Of a stretch of 27,084 bases of DNA, positions 1 through 12,539 are shown one piece after another. The stretch is from Vitrella brassicaformis CCMP3155 (lineage: Eukaryota > Protista > Chromerida): assembly GCA_001179505.1 (NCBI GenBank), contig CDMY01000725.1:1-27084 (forward strand). The letters run 5' to 3'. The notes below the pieces were generated by a model. The model did not search any database and was not told where the DNA came from. It was given only the letters and a program-made list of their open reading frames with translations. A program made the position numbers and the translations under genes. Numbering within the stretch: the stretch's first letter is position 1; the number at the start of each line of letters is the position of its first letter.

Positions 1-490
1 GGCCAGTCGGGAAGAGGGGAGAGGAGTAGGTCAGCACAGGAGCGAGTCCTGGAAGGACGAGGAGGCACATGGACTCAGAGAGAGAGCAAGATCTGGCTGA
101 GGAAAGATGATGCAAGAAGGGCAGCTAGCTGTCGTACGAGAACTCGTGTCGCCTCGCTGAGGACTCACCGGGAGGGTGGCCAGCTGGGCGACGTACTCGT
201 TTTCCACCATCACTCACATGCGCACTCCACCATCACTCTGCGGCTCCAAGGGCGGCTTAGGAAGACGCCCTGCCGAAGGGAATATGGTCGGAAGGACCAA
301 GGATCGTGCCGAAGCAACAGATCTCAAGAGAATGACTCAAGTCATATCGGAAGCGAACGATAACAATCATCACGAAACGCAACGGGCACTAACTCGTTTG
401 GCCAACTTCTCTATCTCCCGTCTTACGCCCCCAGGCCCACGCATGCGTGCACTGCAGCCTTATCTAGCGCTCTTCTTCATCAGCAGCCCT

Positions 491-1325
491 CTATCTTTCC
501 TGGCTGCCTCCCCTGTGCCCATCTACGGCTTGTCGTCCTGCCTGCCTACACACGGCTACCATCCTTCAGCCTGTCATCCATCAGCATCAGCATCAGCTCC
601 ATCGATCCATTCATCCAGGGCTGCATCCTCTCCATCAGCACACGGTCCACGGCATCCAATCCATCCGTCCATCACATCCAGACACATACGTCCACACTTC
701 CAGTCATCTGAGCCGAGCGCCTTCATCAGGGCCACAGACAGGGGCGAAGGGCATCGTGAGCACTTCGCAACACCGCCTGCTTGGCAGTGGGGGCAGTTGC
801 AGCCGCCTGCTTGGCAGTGGGGGCAGTTGCAGTCGCCTGCTTGGCAGTGGGGGCAGTTGCACCCTCCTGCACACACATGGACAGTGGGCCGAGCGTGTGC
901 ATGTGCAGACCACAGACTCTCTCTTTCTCCTGCTGACCGTCACAGCCCCTGCCGCTGCAGTGAGGGCAGTTGCAGCCGCCTGCTTGGCAGTGGGGGCAGT
1001 CGCAGCCGCCTGCTTGGCAGTGGGGGCAGTTGCAGCCGCCTGCTTGGCAGTGAGGGCAGTTGCACCCTGCACCAGACCAAGCGTGTGCATGTAGATCGAT
1101 GAGATCGATGTCATGTGTGGATCGAAGTCTGTCTCTCTACTGACCGTCATGGTGGCCACAATTGCAGCCTTTGGGATTGCAGCTTTGGAGATTGCAGCCT
1201 TGGAGATTACAGCCTTGGAGATTGCAGCCTTGGAGATTGCAGCCCCCGTGATGACACTGGCACCCTTCCTCCTCCCCGGTCACTGCACACACATGGACAG
1301 CTGGCAAGTTTGGTGTGTGCTGATC

Positions 1326-1378
<53 letters not shown>

Positions 1379-2464
1379 TGACCGTTGTGGTGGCAGGAGC
1401 ATCCTTTTTCGCCTCTCTTGCACTGGCATCCTTTCTCGTTGCCGGCCTCGGTCAAGTCAGAGGGCGTCTCTGCACACACATATGGAGATCGATCTCTATC
1501 TCTGTCTCTGTCTCTCCCTCTCTCTCTCACACTGACCGTCGTGGTGGCACTTGCAGCCCCCACTAGACCCCTTCCCGCCCCCTTCCTCATCATCGATGTC
1601 CTCCGGCACATTCAGCTTGGAGTCCTCAATGGCCAGCGGCGCCCCGATTGGCACTATGCTGCTGTCGGAAGGGGTGATGGCGTGCTTCTTAATCAGCCTC
1701 CTCAGCTCCTTTTCGTCCGCTCCCCTTGACCTCGGCAAGCTTCTTGCCGCCTTTGATGAGATGGAATGTCGGCAGCATGTCGGTTGGCCTCTCGTTGAAT
1801 GCCAGGTTGTCCACATCAACCTTGCCGAATGTGACTGCGGGGTACTCGTGGCTGAGGGATTCGAGCTTCGGCGCTATTCGATCGCAGGCAACGCACCAGG
1901 AGGCCATGAAATCGATGACGAGGAGGACTGATGGCGGCGTATCTCTCTTGATGGCCTCCAGAGTAGGTCCATCGGCGATGTGGATGATCTCGTTCTCCTT
2001 GCCGACCTCGGTTAAGCCAGAGGGCGTCACTGCACACACATGGACAGCTGGCAAGTGTGCGTGTGTAGATCGATCTCTATCTCGGTCTCTCTCTCACACT
2101 GACCGTCGTGGTGGTGGTGGTGGTGGTGGCAGCTGCAGCCTTTCTCGCCTGTCTTGCACTGGCACCCTTTCTCCTTGCCGGGCTCGGTCAAGTCAGAGGG
2201 CGTCTCTGCACAGACATGGACAGCTGCAAGTGTGTGCGTGTGTAGATCGATCTATGTCTCTGTCTCTCCCTCTCTCTCGCACTGACCGTCGTGGTGGCAC
2301 TTGCAGCCCCCGCAGCTGCAGCCTTGGCAGGTGCAGCCCCCACCAGACCCTTCCCCGCCCCCTTCCTGCTCGCCGGTCACTGCACACACATGGACAGCTG
2401 GCAAATGTGTGCATGTGCAGACCTTCTCTTTCTCTTGCTGACCGTCATGCTTGAAAAGCACAGT
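491..2464 (-). CDS. Cys/His-rich (metallothionein-like) repeat protein with an embedded thioredoxin domain; 3' exons of a multi-exon gene with a 1-bp frameshift in the Trx exon
   Basis: GT-AG exons traced by hand: 2464-2443, 2379-2287, 2205-2104, 2029-1537, 1469-1383, 1282-1145, 1066-938, 866-690, and probably 537-491. All internal junctions are phase 1. The Trx domain reads IDFMASWCVACDRIAP...FGKVDVD...MLPTFHLIKGGKKLAEVKG/ADEKELRRLIKKH. Flanking exons encode GCTCQGCSCGGCKCHHD, CQC..CSCHHHHHHHD, (GCNLQ)n and (GCNCPHCQAG)n. An extra base at 1722-1725 shifts the frame: the exon is 493 bp, whereas the other internal phase-1 exons are multiples of 3. Confidence 0.8.
760..1066. repeat. 30-bp coding tandem repeat (7 copies over two exons) encoding C[ND]CPHC
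   Basis: Unit gcagttgcagccgcctgcttggcagtgggg is visible on the + strand: 3 copies at ~777-866 and 4 at ~955-1066. Confidence 0.9.
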
Positions 2465-2584
2465 CTTGACGTACCACACACACACACACACACACACAGA
2501 GAGAGATAGAGAGAGAGAGAGAGAGAACGAAGCAGCAGTCCAGACTCCGTACAGAAGGTGTGTGTTTCATTAGTCAGTGCTCAC

Positions 2585-3600
2585 GTCTGTGTCGATGTAG
2601 ACCTTGCCGCCCTGACAGATACGCATATATAGAAAAAGCGACAGAGAGAGAGACACAAGAATGTATCGGAAGTGGTGCGTGAGCATCAGGCGGGAGACGC
2701 TGACCGGCGCGAGGAGCGAGTGAATGTTCTGCCAAAATGGGGTTTTGAGCTTCAAGGCCGGCAGCCACTGGCTGATATTTTTGTCTGTCGATGGCGGGGT
2801 ATCCGCGGTGTCCCAGTAGATGGGAAAAAGGGCACGACAAGAGCACGATGTGATGGAAGTGGTGGAGCGGAAGTCCTAGATTCTTGTGGGCAGAATCGAC
2901 CTGCAAGGAATGCATGCATGAGGGGATAGCAATAGCTGCAGGAGTCTCTCACCTACCTGTGCAGTGTTTTCCATGTCGAGCTGCCAAAAAGGCGGCACAG
3001 GAACGTAGGCGAGGAGAGACCACGCATCAGAATTCTTGTTATCGTTGACGATGCCGTGGTCAGGGATCTCAAACTGGACCATGCCCTCCTTCTTCGAGTA
3101 TCCGCTGAGCTTGCGCGGCACCCCTTCCTTGGATTGCCAATCCATGAGCGTAACGCCCCCCATTTATGTCTTCCACCTGCACAGGTAGGCAACACAAGTC
3201 GTGCACGTGAGCGCACATGACATCCGCAGCAGCCGGCACTGGACAGACCATTCTAGGGGGGGACGCTCTCCGGGAGTGCTGTTCGGCTGGCCTAGGCCAT
3301 GAATCACGAAGTCCGGCCTTCCGAAGATGGGCGAATGACATGCTTGACATCAAAAGCATTGATTGCAAAGTGTGCTTTAAATTTGTGTGCGCTCTTGACT
3401 GCATTTCATGATATACCCAGCAGAGTATTCGGGACGTGCTTCCTCTCAAGTCGAAGGAAGGAGTTGTCGACGTCAGCTTGACCGATGGAGGAATTGTGGC
3501 GCGAGCCCCAAGACCAGCCCAGAGTCACTGGGAGGTAGCTCAGCAGTGTCAGCAGATGGAAATATGCCAACATTGCAATGCCGTGACGGGGCGACATCAT
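2585..3600 (-). CDS. 5' exons of the same gene: hydrophobic leader plus a segment ending in a DxD glycosyltransferase-like (GT32-type) motif
   Basis: Exons 3163-2957, 2875-2657 and 2611-2585 join in frame (phase 0) to exon 2464-2443, giving SRLMLTHHF..GGKVYIDTDTVLFK. ATG 3600 opens a hydrophobic N-terminus (MMSPRHGIAMLAYFHLLTLLSYLPVTLG). Linking it to the rest requires crossing an in-frame TAA at 3166-3164, so the 5' model is uncertain. Confidence 0.45.
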
Positions 3601-3872
3601 GCTGCTTGCCCCGGTGGTCGTTGATTTTGCCGACGACGAGGTGCGCCCGATGTCAGCGGCTTAGAACTTAGTTAGAACTACGGTGTCAAAGAGGAGACGC
3701 TCCCAGCCAGCTTGGGAGAGAGCGGTTTCATACGATGCCCTAGTCCCACTTACGGCCAACACGCGTAGATCGAGACGCCCCCACTCGCATGCACATCTTG
3801 CCGCCTTCCGTGTGTCATATTTGTCGGCCCCCTTCTCGTGCGTGGCTCCCGAATACGTCCTGCCTAGATTAA

Positions 3873-6588
<2,716 letters not shown>

Positions 6589-6792
6589 TGAGACAGACAA
6601 GTGGTACTGCACGATGCTTCCGTAGCAGCTCGAACTGCACGCGGGACCTGACGGCACGGTGAAAAGACGGGATGCAAGGTGACTGTCGCGTGAAGAAGTA
6701 GTACTAGTAGTAGTCGCCTGGCTTGTGCGTCCCTCCCGGAGAGCCACCCCTTCTCAATGTGCTACCTCGCGTCAGCAACTGAGACAGCCATG

Positions 6793-6839
<47 letters not shown>

Positions 6840-7742
6840 CAACGACGGCAGTGCGGCGGTAGTGTCGTCCTTCGATGGGCACGATGTGGTTGGTCGCGGA
6901 CAGTCAGTACAGCCACTCACCAGCCCATGCCGTCAATGGTGAAGGAGTGATACTGTGTGTGAGCTCCAGACACGCATGCAAACTGCTGTCATTGTCATTT
7001 CATAGTGGCTGACTGACCGGTCCATGGAAGAACTGCATGACCGACCGCCGCACACAAACAGTGCACAAATTGATCTTCCCAGCCGCTTCTAATTGTGTGT
7101 CTCTGTGCTGTGTGTCCTTTTCAGGCGTACGTTACTTAGGGAAGGAGAGAAAGAGATTGCTTCAGTGTATCTGTCTATGAATGCATGTGATGACACGACA
7201 ATTTAGGGCATGTATGGGTGGGTGCGTGTCATATTTGTGGGTGTGCATAATGTGGGGGAGATGTTGTACCTCTGTAGGTAGGGTGGTAGGTAGGCAGGTA
7301 AGCAGGTCGTTGCATGGGCGAAGGGTCATACCCGATGAGTCATACCCGATGAGTCAGCTGACGTGGAATCGGATTCAGTCAGATCCAGGGTCCATCCATG
7401 TCTGACAGGCAAATTCGATTCATGCATGCGTCCCGACTGAGAAACCCGTGACATAGGGAAAACTGCACCCAAGACGACAAAAAACGGGGAAAAACAGGCC
7501 CAACCAGTCAGTGTGCAACTGCCTCGATCGATGCACTATACATAAAGTCCTCTCGCCACAAACACACACATGCCCACCCCTCCCTGTCTGTCGCATGATC
7601 TCGTGCTAGCGAAACGCCTATCTAAGGAATCAGACCACCTACAGACATACAAAATCCTCTCACGACGCACAGCTGCCTGAGGATGTAATGCACGCACACC
7701 CGACTCCCAAACAACACCACCATGCAGTCTTTTCCTGTTCAT

Positions 7743-8410
7743 TCAGGCGCGATCTTTCTTGACGCGAGGTCCCGTCCAGAGGACCACCCAGGGCAGCGCC
7801 ACCAGTGTCCACACCATCGTCCTGGCGAAACGCGCAAAATCGTGGTCGTCCACCTCGACACTCGCCAGCCGTATGAGCAGATCCGACACGCTCAAACTGC
7901 ACGCGCGCGCGCGGAGAGAGAAACAGAGGCATAGAACATCCTTTCTTATGCAGCCAGGGCAGTTCCGTGGGAAACGATCTGCTCACTCATTGCTCCAGAT
8001 GTCGATGGCGTGCGAGTACTGGGCCAGCACAGGCACGACGTTGTCCAGGAACTTGGCCTGCATCATGCCAATGGTCCACCCGAGCGCCCAGGCAACGCCC
8101 TGCTTGTTGGCCTGGACGTAGGCATTGATCATGAGCGCCAACGTCCCGCCCAAGCACGCCGCAACCGCATCCCGCGATGTCAGGCCGATGGCAGTCATTC
8201 CGACGGCAGTCAGTGGCCGCATTCTCTGTCGGTGCAGTGCATGTGAAGACGCGTGTGTCAGAGGTGCGTGGGCGGGCCGGATGAAGGCGCCACGCGTCAG
8301 CAGGGGCGACAGGAGAGATACAAGCAGAAGGCGGAAGCTGCAAACACCAGCACGCGCTTGCGAGTAGACATTGACTGTATGCCAGTGGTTTCTCACCTCA
8401 ACGCCACCAT
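7743..8410 (-). CDS. Predicted plastid-targeted small membrane protein (172 aa), unknown family
   Basis: Three GT-AG exons (8410-8397, 8337-7987, 7896-7743) splice in frame to a stop. Product: MVALSFRLLLVSLLSPLLTRGA-FIRPAHAP (signal peptide, Phe at +1, basic/hydroxylated transit-like stretch) followed by 2-3 hydrophobic segments. Confidence 0.7.
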
Positions 8411-8739
8411 ACTGTCTGAGCCTCGGGATCTTGCTGCAAGCCGTTCAAAGATGCGCGCACGCAGTGTGGCCGACGACGAGGTGTGCCCGAGTCGGAGGCT
8501 TCATACATAATACATTGGAGGACCCCATCAATCCGAAAAGGTACCGTTAAACGCAAAGTGCTTTGCTTTTCAGGAGTGGGTGCATTCCACTCTTTTTCTT
8601 GAACAGTGATGAGGTGGACTCTCTTTTGCTCCGTGGGGCATCAGATCAACGAATCTGATGAAAGATCTCGTTTGCGCTTGGTCAGGACAACGACAGCAGT
8701 TGGGTGTCTGCCGAGGAGCGCAGGAGGTGCCCGTGGAGA

Positions 8740-9536
8740 AGCAGTGGGAGGCCGACCGGCCTGCCCTGCAGAGCCTGGGCATCTTCCCCGAGGGCATGCG
8801 GACCCCATATTCGGGCTCGGTATGTGCCGATCAGACAAAGGAAAGCCGTTGCCGTATACAACACCCCCACCCATTGGTCTCGTGTGTGTGCGGGCGTGCC
8901 TGTAGGCGTGGCCGTTGCGATTGCCATCCACAACATCCTCGAGGGCATCGCCGTGAGTGTCCCGATCTTCTACGCCACAGGCAGCAAATGCAAGGCATTC
9001 TGTAAGCAACTTACTTGTGCACACAGACGACAGGGAGACGGAGGAATGCATGCGCGTCTGTGTATGTGTATGTGTATGTGTGTGTGTCCTCTAGGGTGGT
9101 CTGTGCTGTGTGGCGCTGCGGAGCCGGTTGGCGGTTTGTTGGCGTGGGTCGTACTCACAAACCTGATGGTGAGTGACACCCACCACCGCAAACACAATCA
9201 CAAAGCCCCACACGCCCCATCATGTCGCCATTCTCTTCGGCCTCGTGGGCGGCATCATGGTCCACATCTGCAGCAAGAAACTCATCGCGACCGCCCTGCG
9301 ATACGACCCACACGTACGCACACACACACACACATACACTTGCGAATGCAGCGGACACAGCCCCAACTGGGGCGGGGAGACGGGAAGAGACAGACAGGCC
9401 AAGTGCGTGAGAAACTAGCCACACATGTGGGGGTGTGCTTATGTGATTGTGTCAGGACTACCTATCCTCTGACATCGTGTTGGTGGGCATGGCTGTGATG
9501 GCGCTCAGTCTGGTTCTCCTGGCCTTCTATGGCTGA
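8740..9536 (+). pseudogene. ZIP-family (ZupT/GufA-like) zinc/iron transporter, 5'-truncated and frameshifted
   Basis: Exons ~8740-8819, 8906-9001, 9095-9168, ~9206-9313 and 9456-9536 give [49 protein letters not shown]...FGLVGGIMV...TALRYDP...GMAVMALSLVLL*. The TM4 motif reads GIFPEGM (HN missing) and is out of frame with DPIFG. No N-terminal TM1-3 is found upstream. Confidence 0.8.
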
Positions 9537-10038
9537 GGAGAGGGGCACATCCAGGCCCCCCGCCATACAGTATTGTTATCTTTTTCGATTCATGTACGTC
9601 CAGATGGCTGACACGGGCCGGCGTGGCGCACACCTCTCTATGTGTCCGCCTGCCCGCCCCCTTCACGACGGCTCTAAGACTTTTATCGGTGGCGAGATGA
9701 TGAGGCATTCATTCTTGGGCCCGCCCTGCACCTTTCTCCTTGTGACCTTCGTGGGTGCGGATGAATGGGGGCGGTATTCATTCGTGTGGGTGTTTGTGTT
9801 GGTGTTTGTTGTGTTGTGCTTCGCTGCTGCACATGACTGACGCAACACAGAGATAGATGAGACAGGCAGACGCATCAAGACTAGACGAACCGGTGGCAAG
9901 GGCAGCGGAACAGAAAGACGGCGATGAGCGTGTTGCATGCTGTGGCGGGGGGCATCTGTGTAGAAAGCTCAATGTGTGGTGTGGACTAACCACCTCTCTC
10001 CCTGTCCCTCCCCTTTACTCTTTTTTTTTCTCTCTACG

Positions 10039-10080
<42 letters not shown>

Positions 10081-11854
10081 TGTGCATGCGGTGTTGTTGT
10101 GCTGTGGGTATGCCCTCCCCTCCCTTATCGTGGCTTTCTGGGGTAGGATGTGCCGCCTGGTGTGACGCGCCTCCATCGTCCCCTCTTTGAGATACAGAGG
10201 CTACTGGACTCGGGCGGGCAAATCGGCGGAAGTCTGTGGACTGCCTTGCCATCCACACCACATGCCTCTGTCTGTGCGCGATGTGTTGTGCTTCTTTGCT
10301 TCGTTGCTCCGTGCTGTGTTGTGTTGTGTGTCCTTCATTGATGCCTACGTGTGTGCGGCTGTGTGCTTGGCGTGCATGGCACGAGTGTCCGTGGATTTTC
10401 AGACGTCCTCTTGACGGACGGAAGCGCCGCGACACCGAGCATGGGTGCCACTCGTGTGTGCGTGTGCATGGGTGATGATTTCCATCGCTAGTTAGGCGAG
10501 ATATGACGTGGTGTGTAATGTGTGTGCGTGTAAGTCTTTCTACATGTAAGTGTATTTGTATCTATCGGTGGATGATGGCTGACTGTCTTCCATAGCTGCT
10601 TTGGTGTCCGTAGTCGGTCGGTATGGGTGTAAGAGATGTCCGTCGATTAAGGTGATAAATGGCCCGACAGGGTCTTGGAGGGAGCGAGGTGAGTCGCTGG
10701 GGGATACATTTCGATTTTCCATCGCCCTGAGACGGCGAGAAGATGCACATTTTTCCGAATGCGCACATACCGCCTTGCGATCACATGGCGGCGGCAATAT
10801 ATATATTATGAGCTGCCTGCCACTCATTTGACTGAGCTGCTGGAGCCCACTTCGTTCGTTATATCAGAGGACGGACAATCCTCATCGTCTCCCTCGTCCG
10901 ACCTCTCTGCTGGCTGTCTCTGTATCGGTGCACACATGAATGGCCATGACATTGATGGTACGTACATGCGCGCAGGGCTCTTACACGTCTTGTCTGTCTG
11001 TCTGTCTGTCTGTATGGCCGCTCGAATGGCTAGTTCGTGAGTGATGCATGGGTGGCGGTGGCCCACTTTCAGACAGATGGGTCGTCGGGCTGGCATTCAT
11101 CTTTGTCTGCGGATGTGCCGGTGAGCCGCTCACTTTTTTGAAGGCCCGGTTCGTGTGTGTGGGACTAGGTGTGCCGACACGTCGGCTGAGATTGGTTTTT
11201 CCGCGGTGGGTTCGGCCAGTGCCTATAGGCACGATGTGATTCCTGATATTGCGTGTGCATGGTGTGGGCATGTCAGTCAGCAGATGACATCACGACTCGG
11301 ATGGATTATATATCAACTGTCGCGTGGATTGTCGGCCGCAGGTGACATACACGATCAGGCAGGCCCATCGAAAACCATATGACATTCCACCCCGCACAGC
11401 ACCACACTGCTCATCAATCGTGCAGTCGGCCGGCGCTTCAGGCTTAAGAGCAAAAGTGGATCTAAAATCGACTTTCACCAGCGCAAAATAAAGCTCTTGT
11501 GCTCCTCTCACAGTTTCACTCACATTTCTTCACATGGCCATCTCCGGCCTTGTGGGGGGGGTTAAGGGTTTTGGATGGACAGGATGGGTATGTGGAGTGG
11601 ACAGGGATTTAAGTAAGGTTTGACCGAATACTGTAATTAAGCATTGGTTGGTTTACTTGTACTAAATATTGTTTGTCACACGCACAGCACACTCGGGGAT
11701 GCACATACATGAGTGAGTCAGCGCAGCAGCACCAGCAGCAGCATTACCTGGTGCGTCGGAGTCTCCGTGATCTGACGACATCGGCGACGGAAATGTATGG
11801 AGAAGCGGTCGCACATCTATACACACCTCACGCACTACAAACACAGGGGATCAC

Positions 11855-12105
11855 GGGTCTAAACCCAAAACCCTAAGTGCGGTGAAGGGTTTAGGGTTTA
11901 GACCCAACCCGACAACCCTAACCCTACACGCAGATGTTTGATTTTCTGCAGGAGTGTCGGGAGGTTTTTGGGATTTGTGCGCTTTGGATTCCGACTGGAA
12001 TCAATCCAAATTCCAAAGTCGCAGGGCTTCGGGAGGTGTGTGGTGAGTGGGGTTTTGCTGGGTTCAGGCAACCACACCCGACAACCCTAACCCTAAACCC
12101 AGAGG
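11855..12105. repeat. Interstitial telomere-like repeats (CCCTAAA/TTTAGGG variants) including a 20-bp inverted repeat
   Basis: Arms gggtctaaacccaaaaccct (11855-11874) and agggtttagggtttagaccc (11886-11905) differ by 1 mismatch. acccgacaaccctaacccta occurs at ~11907 and again at ~12079. Confidence 0.7.
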
Positions 12106-12214
12106 TTGGTTTTTGCGAGGGAAGTGCACGCAGACGCCTGAGTTGACCATCGTCCATTGGATCCAGGAATGCATCTATGCAGTCAGTCAGTCAGTACACA
12201 TGCACCAAACAGTC

Positions 12215-12508
12215 AAACAGACAGACAGACGGGCACAAACGCACTGCACGCATACGGCAAGACAGGCAGGCAGGCAAACAGCAAATCGCCACATGCATCG
12301 CCAGTAGGTCAACATGCACGCACCGAACAGACATACACATACACTGTAGCGAGACAGGCATAGCGAGACAATTGCGCCCCTCTGTATGACACACCCTCAC
12401 AGGCAGGCAGGCAGACACCGCACTGTCACGGCATAGAGGCACACATCTTCAAGGCACTCGCTTGGTACGTACGTGCGACAAAAGCGACAAACGCATGCTA
12501 GAAAAAAC

Positions 12509-12539
<31 letters not shown>

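Noticed and set aside
176-1102. 308-aa plus-strand ORF with PPAWQWGQLQ repeats
   Set aside because: It is the antisense shadow of the Cys-repeat exons. Splice signals and domain logic are all on the minus strand.
3642-3648. Metal-response element TGCRCNC in the divergent promoter
   Set aside because: The second copy of the shared motif does not match, and TGCACAC-type heptamers are everywhere in this CA-rich DNA.
9540-11530. Several short ORFs suggesting a minus-strand gene
   Set aside because: No consistent exon chain or recognisable domain could be built, and the region is microsatellite-rich.
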